From Patescibacteria group bacterium (GTDB lineage Bacteria; Patescibacteriota; Patescibacteriia; 2-01-FULL-39-33): a stretch of 32,000 nt of DNA. This document shows, piece after piece, positions 8,229-15,530 of the stretch (position 1 is the stretch's first letter; the number at the start of each line of letters is the position of its first letter). Location of the stretch: positions 1-32,000 of the forward strand of contig JBAZRV010000005.1 in assembly GCA_041662745.1 (NCBI GenBank). The letters are read 5' to 3'. Made by a program: the position numbers and the translations under genes. The notes below the pieces were generated by a model that saw only the letters and a program-made list of their open reading frames with translations, was not told the DNA's origin and made no database searches.

Positions 8229-10043
8229 CTAAAAGGCCCGTCTTTTTAAAGCCACCCATAGAGAAACCAACGACACAACAATAATCCCAGCAATCGCAAC
8301 AATACTCCATGCCATATCTCCGATTACAGATGATGCGCCGGTATTCGGCAATTTCGGAACGGCAGCGGCAGCTACAACAACAGTCGCAATAGCATAATCT
8401 TTCGCTGTTAAACCATTAGCTTCGCCGATAGCTGTAGCCGTATTAACAGTCGTTTGCGTAAGTTTTGAAACGCAAGTAAAAGTCCAAATCTCATTATTTT
8501 CCAATAAATTATTGTTGTTCAAATCACCCGGATGTCCGATGACGCGGCCCGGCAACCCGGTACATTTATCATCAGCAACTGTGACATTGCTCAGCGGTTC
8601 CGTACCGGGATTAGTGATGGTATAAGTATACGTGACTGTTCCGCCGCCGGCACGAAGCGTCAACGGACTGGGAACTTTCACGATATGGATCAATGGAGGA
8701 ATAATCGGCTGGCCGACAACGACTGAAGCGCTGGCGATATCCGTAGCGCTAATGCCATTGGCCCAACCGGTCGCCACTACGGTATTGGTATGAGTAACTG
8801 AAAGCGTGCGGGAACAGGTATAGACCCAGGTCTCCGCCAAATCAAGCTTGGCATCATTATTTAAGTCTCCTGATATCAAATTTATCGGACCGCAGGAATC
8901 GCCGACCATTGTAATATTAGACACCGGAACAACGCCAATATTGCGAAGCGTGTAAGTATAAGTCACTGAACCGGGTCCGGCTGGCAAAGAGAGAGGATTG
9001 GCCGTTTTTACTATATCAATAAGGGGCGGCACGGGCGGAACAATTACCGGCGCGCCAATATCATTGTTAGTGACAATACAAAATTTATTATCACCACCAA
9101 TAAGGTTAAATTGGCCGTTAGCGTCGCAATCGCCGGAAAACACCCGAGTATAATTAGGATCGGCAGTTTCAGTTACAGTAAACGCGGCCGCAGGCGCCGT
9201 AAAACTGTTAGTTTCTCCGGATATGACTGATGTGCCATTAACAAATAAAGGGAAATCTGCTACGGTCTTGGTTCTACCGTTATCATTAACAACTGTCTTA
9301 ACGACATTGATTGTTCCCTGAGTCGGTAAACTTCCAGCTATCGGCGCTGCCACACAGGTCGGACCGGAAATAGTGCTATTAGCACCATTCATAGCAATAA
9401 AGGTTCCGGTAAGCGATATAAGTCGGCCATTAATTGTTGCTCCAGAAGCGGAAGTAATGTTGTTTTGGGCAATAAGCGTTCCGACAAAAGTACTATCGGA
9501 AGCTATGGTTGCATCTCTAACAACCTGGAAAAATACATTACAGGCTTGAGCATTGCCAGCTAAAACGATTGAGCCGGAAAAGGTAAAATCCCTTCCGATT
9601 TGGAAAACCCAAACATCACTATAATCCCCATCTAAAGTAAGAGTACCGGAGAAAGTCTGATCAGAAGCTATAGTCCAAACGCCAGGCGCCGGACTGTTGC
9701 TGGCCCAAACTCCGCTGGTAGTCTGGCTGGCCAAATTATTAAAGGCGGCCAAAGCGGCAATCTGTGCAGAGGCAGATAACCCGCCAGTGCCGAAATAATC
9801 AGCACCGCCGGTATGAGTCCAAGTTCCAGTTTTTGAAGCCGCCAATCCCGGACTAAGACCTAAATCGCCTGAAATCGTGGTGATGTTAGCTGAGCTCATG
9901 GCTGCAGCGCCCAAGACCGAAAAGCTGGCTGCATCACCCAGCGACGGAGCAGTGGCTGTCGCCGCGGACACAGAAATTGGCCCGACCAAACCAAATGAAA
10001 TGATAGCAGTTAAAATAACTGCTGAGATATTAAATTTTTTCAT
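8229..10043 (-). CDS. LPXTG-anchored surface protein with an ice-binding-like (DUF3494-type) N-terminal domain and two tandem repeat domains
   Basis: Signal peptide MKKFNISAVILTAIISFGLVGPISVSA. LGDAASFSVLGAAAMSSANITTISGDLGLSPG is the typical start of DUF3494. LPNTG (8337-8351) is followed by a hydrophobic helix and KRRAF. Confidence 0.8.
   Translation of the reverse strand: MKKFNISAVILTAIISFGLVGPISVSAATATAPSLGDAASFSVLGAAAMSSANITTISGDLGLSPGLAASKTGTWTHTGGADYFGTGGLSASAQIAALAAFNNLASQTTSGVWASNSPAPGVWTIASDQTFSGTLTLDGDYSDVWVFQIGRDFTFSGSIVLAGNAQACNVFFQVVRDATIASDSTFVGTLIAQNNITSASGATINGRLISLTGTFIAMNGANSTISGPTCVAAPIAGSLPTQGTINVVKTVVNDNGRTKTVADFPLFVNGTSVISGETNSFTAPAAAFTVTETADPNYTRVFSGDCDANGQFNLIGGDNKFCIVTNNDIGAPVIVPPVPPLIDIVKTANPLSLPAGPGSVTYTYTLRNIGVVPVSNITMVGDSCGPINLISGDLNNDAKLDLAETWVYTCSRTLSVTHTNTVVATGWANGISATDIASASVVVGQPIIPPLIHIVKVPSPLTLRAGGGTVTYTYTITNPGTEPLSNVTVADDKCTGLPGRVIGHPGDLNNNNLLENNEIWTFTCVSKLTQTTVNTATAIGEANGLTAKDYAIATVVVAAAAVPKLPNTGASSVIGDMAWSIVAIAGIIVVSLVSLWVALKRRAF
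8375..9029 (-). repeat. two tandem ~108-110-codon intragenic repeats
   Basis: PPLIDIVKTANPLSLPAGPGSVTYTYTLRNIG...CSRTL...ASVVV (about 9029-8700) is followed by PPLIHIVKVPSPLTLRAGGGTVTYTYTITNPG...CVSKL...ATVVV (about 8699-8375). This looks like a DUF11-like repeat domain. Confidence 0.7.
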
Positions 10044-10108
10044 TGTTGATTACTTAATTATTAAAAGAACTTAGCTCGCGTATATTTTAAACCTCCTTCA
10101 TAATAATT

Positions 10109-10117
10109 ATTATACCA
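10109..10117 (-). promoter_or_regulatory. extended -10 promoter element upstream of the surface-protein gene
   Basis: The minus strand reads TGGTATAAT (TGnTATAAT form), about 65 nt upstream of the ATG at 10043. No clear -35 element is visible. Confidence 0.35.
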
Positions 10118-10213
10118 CTTTTTTTACTTTATTCATAACTCAATACCCCCCTGTGGATAAGTGAAAATAATTATACTACGAAACGTTTCTAAATATTGCT
10201 ATCAATAGATCAG

Positions 10214-10375
10214 TTACCGTAAATTTACATAAAAAATACTTCCCTCACCCTCTTTTGATTCAAACCAAACTTTCCCGCCCAACTTATCAACTAACGATTT
10301 CAAAAGATAAAGGCCTAAACCCGTTCCAAGCGGCTCTTTCTCAATGACTGGAGGGTTTGGGGGGTAATTTTTGCC
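10214..10375 (-). pseudogene. remnant of the C-terminus of a sensor histidine kinase (HATPase_c end)
   Basis: Minus-strand translation gives (stop)GKNYPPNPPVIEKEPLGTGLGLYLLKSLVDKLGGKVWFESKEGEGSIFYVNLR(stop). GTGLGL...GGK.W.ES..G.GS.F is the G2 box and C-terminal end of HATPase_c. There is no start codon, and an in-frame stop lies at 10376-10378. Confidence 0.55.
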
Positions 10376-10399
10376 CTACGCCTCGCCACATCATACTGT

Positions 10400-10888
10400 T
10401 TATTTTAAATAACTGTCAAAATAAATCGCATGACAGGTATAACCGCCGGGATTTTTCTGTAAATAATCCTGATGATAGTCTTCGGCGAGATAAAACTTGG
10501 TAAGCGGTTCTAATGCGGTAACAACCTGATTTTTCCAACGCTGGGATTTGTTTACAATATCTATGAAATTTTCAGCCTCCCTCCTCTCGTCATCATTGCC
10601 ATAAAAAATCGCCGAGCGATAAGAAGTGCCGACATCATTGCCTTGTTGATTGAGGGTAGTTGGATCGTGAATTTGGAAAAAAAAGTCCAATAATTTTTTA
10701 TAAGAAGTTTTATTTTCATCGTATTCAATCTCCACTGCCTCAGCATGACCGTCATGATTTTCATAGGTCGGATTAGCAATCTTGCCGCCGGCATATCCGA
10801 CTTGGGTATTTATCACTCCGGGCTGTTTTCTAATCAGTTCCTCCAAACCCCAAAAACACCCTCCGGCTAAGACTATTTTTTTAGCCAT
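10400..10888 (-). CDS. msrA: peptide methionine (S)-sulfoxide reductase
   Basis: The GGCFWG active-site motif near the N-terminus, plus conserved YHQDYL near the C-terminus. Confidence 0.9.
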   Translation of the reverse strand: MAKKIVLAGGCFWGLEELIRKQPGVINTQVGYAGGKIANPTYENHDGHAEAVEIEYDENKTSYKKLLDFFFQIHDPTTLNQQGNDVGTSYRSAIFYGNDDERREAENFIDIVNKSQRWKNQVVTALEPLTKFYLAEDYHQDYLQKNPGGYTCHAIYFDSYLK

Positions 10889-10892
10889 ATAA

Positions 10893-11249
10893 TTAATCTT
10901 TTGGAATGAATTTCATGGAAATGGAATTAACGCAATATCTTTTGTCTTTCTCTGTTAATTTTTCACCTATAAACAAATGGCCCAAATGCGCTCCGCACTT
11001 GGCGCAAGTTATTTCCGTACGCCGTCCATCAGCATCAAGGCTCTTATAAACGGCGCCCGGTATTTCATCGTCAAAACTCGGCCAACCGCAATCGGATTCA
11101 AATTTATCTTTAGAATCATACAGCGGCGCTCCGCATTGCCGGCAAACGTACACGCCGGTTTCTTTATTATTCACATATTCGCCCGAAAACGGCGCTTCCG
11201 TACCCTTATCGATTATCACTCTTTTTTCTTCAGGCGTTAGTTCGTTCAT
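10893..11249 (-). CDS. msrB: peptide methionine (R)-sulfoxide reductase
   Basis: CRQCGAPL and [10 protein letters not shown] zinc-binding CxxC pairs, GWPSF, and a SelR-type C-terminal Cys in RYCVNS. Confidence 0.9.
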   Translation of the reverse strand: MNELTPEEKRVIIDKGTEAPFSGEYVNNKETGVYVCRQCGAPLYDSKDKFESDCGWPSFDDEIPGAVYKSLDADGRRTEITCAKCGAHLGHLFIGEKLTEKDKRYCVNSISMKFIPKD

Positions 11250-11254
11250 ATTAT

Positions 11255-12217
11255 TTATTGCGAGAATTTAGAACCGTTAAGATCTCCGTTATTATTATAA
11301 CCGCGGCTTTCCCAAAATCCCTTGTAATCAGTGTCGCTTGATAATTCAATTTTAGTGATCCATTTTATCCATTTATAGCCCCATTTTTGTTCGGCCGCCA
11401 ATTGGAAAGGAAATCCCCTTTCCGGCGGCAAAACAACGCCATTAAGCTTATCGGCCATGATGATATTATTCTGCATGACATATTCCAGGGGAAAGGAAGT
11501 GGAATAGCCGTCAGCCGCATAAAAAATTATGGTTTTGGCTTCCGGTTTGATTGCCGTATCTTTCAATAAATCCCTTACTAATACTCCTTCCCATAAAGCC
11601 TTAACGCTCCAGCCCTCCACGCAATTCAACTGAATAACTTTTTGATATATTGGAAGTTTCAATATGTCGTCATATTTATATGACATCGGCGTTTCAATCA
11701 AGCCGGAGATTTCCAGCCGATAGCTATCCTTATCAACTTGCTGGGGACCTTTGATGGAATTCTCGCGAAAATCATTAATTGATCCCAATTTCTCGCCCCG
11801 ATACTCCGTTATCTCTACGCCGGAAAGCGTGATCGGTTTGCTTTTTCCGAAGTAATTGCCATTAAAATATGCAACAACGCCGGCTAAAATAATAATACCG
11901 ACGGCAACCGCAGTTATGATGTAAATAATATTAGCATTTCCTTTGGTCGATTTAAATTTGCCGACGATAGCTTCTTTTAATTCCCGCCTTTTCAAAATCA
12001 AATGGATAAGGATCAATAAAAATAAAATGATTCCGCTCCAGTCGTGGATCATTGAAATTTTCGAGGCCGGCAAAAAATCATACGCCAAAAGAAAATATCT
12101 TTGCCATTCGGGGAATTTAATTATTCCCGTTCCCGCCAAGAGAATAAAATCCAGAAACATAGCAATGATAATAAAGCGTTTAAATGCAGTCATATTATTG
12201 GCTTTATTATACCACAA
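11255..12217 (-). CDS. membrane-anchored molybdopterin-dependent oxidoreductase (sulfite-oxidase/YedY fold) with an N-terminal His-containing multi-TM segment
   Basis: The C-terminal domain [25 protein letters not shown]...[16 protein letters not shown]...[26 protein letters not shown] matches the Oxidored_molyb pattern, including the Cys ligand context. The N-terminal roughly 120 aa form three hydrophobic helices with His residues. Confidence 0.7.
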   Translation of the reverse strand: MWYNKANNMTAFKRFIIIAMFLDFILLAGTGIIKFPEWQRYFLLAYDFLPASKISMIHDWSGIILFLLILIHLILKRRELKEAIVGKFKSTKGNANIIYIITAVAVGIIILAGVVAYFNGNYFGKSKPITLSGVEITEYRGEKLGSINDFRENSIKGPQQVDKDSYRLEISGLIETPMSYKYDDILKLPIYQKVIQLNCVEGWSVKALWEGVLVRDLLKDTAIKPEAKTIIFYAADGYSTSFPLEYVMQNNIIMADKLNGVVLPPERGFPFQLAAEQKWGYKWIKWITKIELSSDTDYKGFWESRGYNNNGDLNGSKFSQ

Positions 12218-12263
12218 CCAAGCATAAAAATCTAAAATATAATAAGGTTTTCAATTTTTAAAA

Positions 12264-12333
12264 TAGAACGACCGGCATTCATGGCGAATACCGGTCGTTT
12301 GGAAAACAAATTCAAAGCTCAGCGGACTGGATT
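12264..12333. repeat. left direct repeat of the island (att-like): tRNA-Asn 3' fragment plus its downstream trailer/terminator
   Basis: TAGAAC-GACCGGCATTCATGGCGAATACCGGTCGTTTGGAAAACAAATTCAAAGCTCAGCGGACTGGATT matches 27474-27550. By eye there are 4 substitutions and a 6-nt indel. The final 16 nt (12318-12333) equal the tRNA-Asn 3' end, and identity stops at the T-loop. Confidence 0.7.
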
Positions 12334-12502
12334 TCCGTCTCATCTTTTCTTCCGAAAAGATTGCGGTGTCGCGGTCAGAGCTGAATGCTCCCAGGGTCGC
12401 ATCCAGCTACGCTCAACTGCGTTTTATTTTGACAGAATTCAAAATAAAACTTGTTTCGTTCCTGCCCTGTTCGAATCCAACTAAACTGAAAATAGTTTAA
12501 AA

Positions 12503-12553
12503 TAAAACAGGGCATAAAGCCCCGTTTTATTTTAAACAAGTCCAAAGCTCCAC
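12503..12553 (-). terminator. copy of the trailer + hairpin terminator module inside the island's left end
   Basis: Hairpin AACAGGGC (12506-12513) / GCCCCGTT (12519-12526); its single mismatch becomes a G-U pair in the minus-strand RNA. On the minus strand the hairpin is followed by TTTTATTTT and preceded by GAGCTTTGGACTTGTTT. Confidence 0.5.
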
Positions 12554-12702
12554 GCTACGGTCTGGAACCATTTTTACCAAGGGTTCTTGGGGTCTTTATG
12601 AGCGTTTTCTACCGGGAATCGGTCGGGGTAAAATGCGACAAATGCGACAGTACTTTATGCTGGTTTTATTGGACAAAATGAAGATTTGATAGTCCAATAT
12701 TA

Positions 12703-13251
12703 CTATACATTAAAATTATACCCAACGGGAGGATTATCTAATAATTCTTTGTACTCATTATTATGTCTATCTATTTCCCCTCTATCTACGGAATAGATAT
12801 TTCCAAGCGTGTCTAAAATATATATATAATCACAATTAACAAGGTTAACATCAATTAATTTCTGGGTATAAATAAAACCCTCCTCATTTAATCGTACGGG
12901 AGCATCGGATAATGGCGTATTAATTTTTATTTGACCAAAACGTCCATATATTAGTCTGCTTGCAAATATTCCATCCTTGCCAGTTTTTATTATGTTTATA
13001 AAAGAAACAACTTTATTTTTTGAAATTATATCAAAACCCAATCGTAATTTTAAATTCGCTTTTTGTCTTGAATAATCATACAACTTCCAATAAGCATTTA
13101 TAAATAAGCCACCAATTGAAAAAACAAATGCGGCGATAGAAAGTATTAATGCCATTGGAATATCCAAATATATATTAATCAAAAAAATCAGAAGCAATAC
13201 TATTGTTATACTTAACAATATTAACAATATTGGCAATCGAAATTTATCCAT
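12703..13251 (-). CDS. membrane protein (two N-terminal TM helices plus a soluble C-terminal domain), function unknown; third gene of a three-gene operon
   Basis: The N-terminus LPILLILLSITIVLLLIFLINIYL and ALILSIAAFVFSIGGLFINAYW are hydrophobic helices. The gene is very AT-rich. Its start lies 3 nt after the upstream stop. Confidence 0.6.
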   Translation of the reverse strand: MDKFRLPILLILLSITIVLLLIFLINIYLDIPMALILSIAAFVFSIGGLFINAYWKLYDYSRQKANLKLRLGFDIISKNKVVSFINIIKTGKDGIFASRLIYGRFGQIKINTPLSDAPVRLNEEGFIYTQKLIDVNLVNCDYIYILDTLGNIYSVDRGEIDRHNNEYKELLDNPPVGYNFNV

Positions 13252-13254
13252 ATT

Positions 13255-13977
13255 TTATAATCTTCTTTCCAAAAATTTTTTCTGATCTTCGACAAAAATC
13301 TTTTTATCTACATTATCCCAATCAAATTTCTTAAAAATTTCAATGGTTGTATCAAGAGCAATCTCATTTGTCAAATTACAAATTTGATCCCGCGAATATA
13401 CTTTTTTAATCAGAATTTTATCCTCCTTAAATTTACATATATATGCTCGGTTTGTTTCTCTTAAAAATATATCCCAAAAAAATAACATTCTGTTATTGAC
13501 TCCCACTAATTCAATAATAATTTCCAGTGAGTCAATATTTTCTATATTAGTTAATAATCTTTTAGAGAATTCCAAAATTTCTGTTATAGAATAAAGTGCT
13601 CCAATAATACTTAAAAATTTATCAACTTTTACCCCGTATTCGTCTTGATATTCCTTCACTTTTTGCGGGGATAATCTCAGATCTTCCCTCATGGAAAAAT
13701 AATGTACAAATTGTCCGGTATTATAAAATCTCCAATATTCATAAACTGGCCCCTCAGGCCAATCACAAAATGAGTCAACGCTGTTATTACTACTAGATAT
13801 AATACCGGTTTGACGATCTACGTGCGGGTAATCCCATCCCCGCAACGATACTCTACTTTTTTCAATAATTTTTTTACAATCAGATAGAGATTCAATTAAT
13901 TTATCATCATATTTATTTGGTCTAATAATAACCCTCCAATATCCCTTTAATTTAATTTTGTCTAATAATTCACTCAT
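13255..13977 (-). CDS. hypothetical protein, no recognised family; middle gene of the three-gene operon
   Basis: A 240-aa ORF whose ATG overlaps the upstream stop (ATGA at 13974-13977). Confidence 0.55.
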   Translation of the reverse strand: MSELLDKIKLKGYWRVIIRPNKYDDKLIESLSDCKKIIEKSRVSLRGWDYPHVDRQTGIISSSNNSVDSFCDWPEGPVYEYWRFYNTGQFVHYFSMREDLRLSPQKVKEYQDEYGVKVDKFLSIIGALYSITEILEFSKRLLTNIENIDSLEIIIELVGVNNRMLFFWDIFLRETNRAYICKFKEDKILIKKVYSRDQICNLTNEIALDTTIEIFKKFDWDNVDKKIFVEDQKKFLERRL

Positions 13978-14618
13978 AAATTATCTTTTATTAAATCAGT
14001 ATTAAATTTATCTGAATCTGTTTCAGTGTCCACATTTAATAAGTTAACACAAGGGAGTTTTTTTAATATATCTTCTTTTTTCTTTTGAACCATCCGATCT
14101 AATAATTCGCGCCACTCATGAATACTGGATATTTCCCTAGACTCAATCGGGGCTTTCGATCTGATATATATCGCATTCTTTCTTAACGCAATATTTTCAT
14201 AATGATTGCCCCCTTGCTTTTTAAACAGAGCAAAATCTGTACATACAGTGGGTTCAATTGATTCATGAATCTGTAAAATGATAAAGTTTTTAGATTCATC
14301 ATCAATTATTAAATTATCAGAAAAAATAGTAAACTCAATAATTGGGTCACAAAATCTTTTTATGAACCTCGCGATATCATCATAATTAAAAGATTGAAAA
14401 TCGCTATCAGTCATACCCGATAAACTAACGCTTCGGTCTTTTTCTTCTTTGACACCCAAAACAATCACGCCACCCTGATCATTATTAGCCATAGCCAACA
14501 TAGCTTTTAAAACGTTTATTTTCGTTTCGTAAGCATTCCAATTCAGTGATCCTTTATATTCAATGCTTTGTTCCTCATGACGACGTATTATGTAATTCGA
14601 AAATTCTTCATTAAACAT
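13974..14618 (-). CDS. Schlafen-like AlbA_2 (divergent AAA_4) domain protein
   Basis: SIEYKGSL...KAMLAMANNDQGGVIVLGVKE...FIILQIHESIEPTV...NAIYIRSKAPIESREISSIHEWRELL follows the AlbA_2 pattern (E-F-K ... A-F-A-N-x-x-G-G-x-I-x-I-G-V ... I-Y-I-R). Confidence 0.65.
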   Translation of the reverse strand: MFNEEFSNYIIRRHEEQSIEYKGSLNWNAYETKINVLKAMLAMANNDQGGVIVLGVKEEKDRSVSLSGMTDSDFQSFNYDDIARFIKRFCDPIIEFTIFSDNLIIDDESKNFIILQIHESIEPTVCTDFALFKKQGGNHYENIALRKNAIYIRSKAPIESREISSIHEWRELLDRMVQKKKEDILKKLPCVNLLNVDTETDSDKFNTDLIKDNL

Positions 14619-14841
14619 CTGATTAATAAATTATTATTTTAATTAAACTTACATTATCACTCTACACCCAAATTGTTATCGAATCAAGATGATTGAACAG
14701 TATTTTCCTATTGCTAACCTCGCAAAAAATATTCAAAAAACCCAGCAAAAAAGCCCTTTTGACAGCCATATAACAAAAGAGTATATTGAAAATAGGCCAG
14801 TCATAATTCAACCAATAACAAAACCCCCCGAAAAAATTTAC

Positions 14842-14870
14842 TTGACAAATTGGTTTTTTAGGAGTATAGT
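14842..14870 (+). promoter_or_regulatory. near-consensus sigma70 promoter with no ORF behind it
   Basis: TTGACA (14842-14847), a 17-nt spacer, then TATAGT (14865-14870). Confidence 0.65.
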
Positions 14871-14876
14871 GACGAA

Positions 14877-15125
14877 AGGATGAGGTGAAAACCACCGCCG
14901 AAAAATGCTATTTCAACAATTCATTAAAATGCCACCCTTAATCGGGCAACGCAAGCTCCCTTCATAGAGCCTCTAGAGTTTTAATGCGCATAGCGGTAAT
15001 ATTTCTAAACCGCAAACCGGAGTAATCCTCTGGTTGGTCTCAATAACATATAGTGAGAGGCCCAGAAGCAGAATTTAACCATGAAAATGGTAAAGTTTTG
15101 CGTCTGGGCCTCTCTTTTATTTTTC
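14877..15125 (+). ncRNA. candidate ~250-nt structured noncoding RNA or regulatory leader ending in a long terminator hairpin
   Basis: It lies between the promoter at 14842-14870 and a perfect 12-bp stem, GAGAGGCCCAGA (15055-15066) / TCTGGGCCTCTC (15103-15114), which has an inner ACCAT-GAAA-ATGGT tip and is followed by TTTTATTTTT. Internal hairpins: GGTG-AAAAC-CACC (14884-14896), GCGGT..ACCGC (14991-15011), AACCGGAG-TAATC-CTCTGGTT (15015-15035). GC content is higher than in the flanks. Only a 20-codon ORF without an RBS is present. Confidence 0.4.
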
Positions 15126-15153
15126 AAATTTTTAACAAATTAACAATAAATCT

Positions 15154-15522
15154 ATGTCAAAGACAAAATTTATCAGCACGATCGACTCCGATAATATCGA
15201 AGTCATCGATCGCGTTCAAAAAGTGGCTGAATTCATCGAATTCGTCAATTGGTCAGCCACTCCGAGCCGATTTCGGCAGCCTAAAAACCAGAAGGATTTA
15301 GCTGCCGAAATCGGAGTGAGTATCGATTCGCTTACTGACTGGAAAAAACATCCGAGCTTCTGGCCGCTAATGCAAATTGCCTTGCGGAAATGGTGCCAAG
15401 ATCAAATCCCCGACATTGTCGGCGGATTATACAGCAATGCCTGCGGCAAAGGCAAAGCGGGCGATGTCAAGATGTTCCTGCAATTAGCGGGGCTGATTGA
15501 GAATAATAAAACTAATAAATAA
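15154..15522 (+). CDS. small HTH protein, phage terminase-small-subunit-like / phBC6A51-type HTH
   Basis: QKDLAAEIGVSIDSLTDWKKHPSFW is an HTH followed by the W-K-K motif common in small-terminase-like proteins. The assignment is by pattern only. Confidence 0.5.
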   Translation: MSKTKFISTIDSDNIEVIDRVQKVAEFIEFVNWSATPSRFRQPKNQKDLAAEIGVSIDSLTDWKKHPSFWPLMQIALRKWCQDQIPDIVGGLYSNACGKGKAGDVKMFLQLAGLIENNKTNK

Positions 15523-15530
15523 CGAAAAAT

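Noticed and set aside
12281-12484. ORF-track entries 12281-12484 (+), 27644-27859 (-) and 27663-27896 (+).
   Set aside because: They run through the tRNA-derived repeats, terminator hairpins and the pseudo-tRNA. The two homologous noncoding blocks do not conserve any reading frame across their indels.
12339-12640. The idea that the tRNA-like debris at the two island ends (12339-12640 plus 27620-27815) are halves of a split tmRNA (ssrA), a frequent island target.
   Set aside because: There is no GGGGCUG-type 5' end, no canonical T-arm/ACCA 3' end, and no plausible tag reading frame ending in an Ala-Ala type sequence. The two regions are homologous to each other rather than complementary parts of one gene.
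14925-14945. A T-box-like sequence (ATTAAGGGTGGCA on the minus strand) inside the candidate ncRNA region.
   Set aside because: It is on the strand opposite to the promoter and terminator. The downstream minus-strand gene is not an aminoacyl-tRNA-related gene. No Stem I or specifier architecture is visible, so this is probably a chance match.
15053-15301. An 82-aa ORF starting inside the 15055-15114 hairpin and overlapping the 15154 gene in another frame.
   Set aside because: It begins within a perfect 12-bp terminator stem, has no RBS, and overlaps a better-supported gene.
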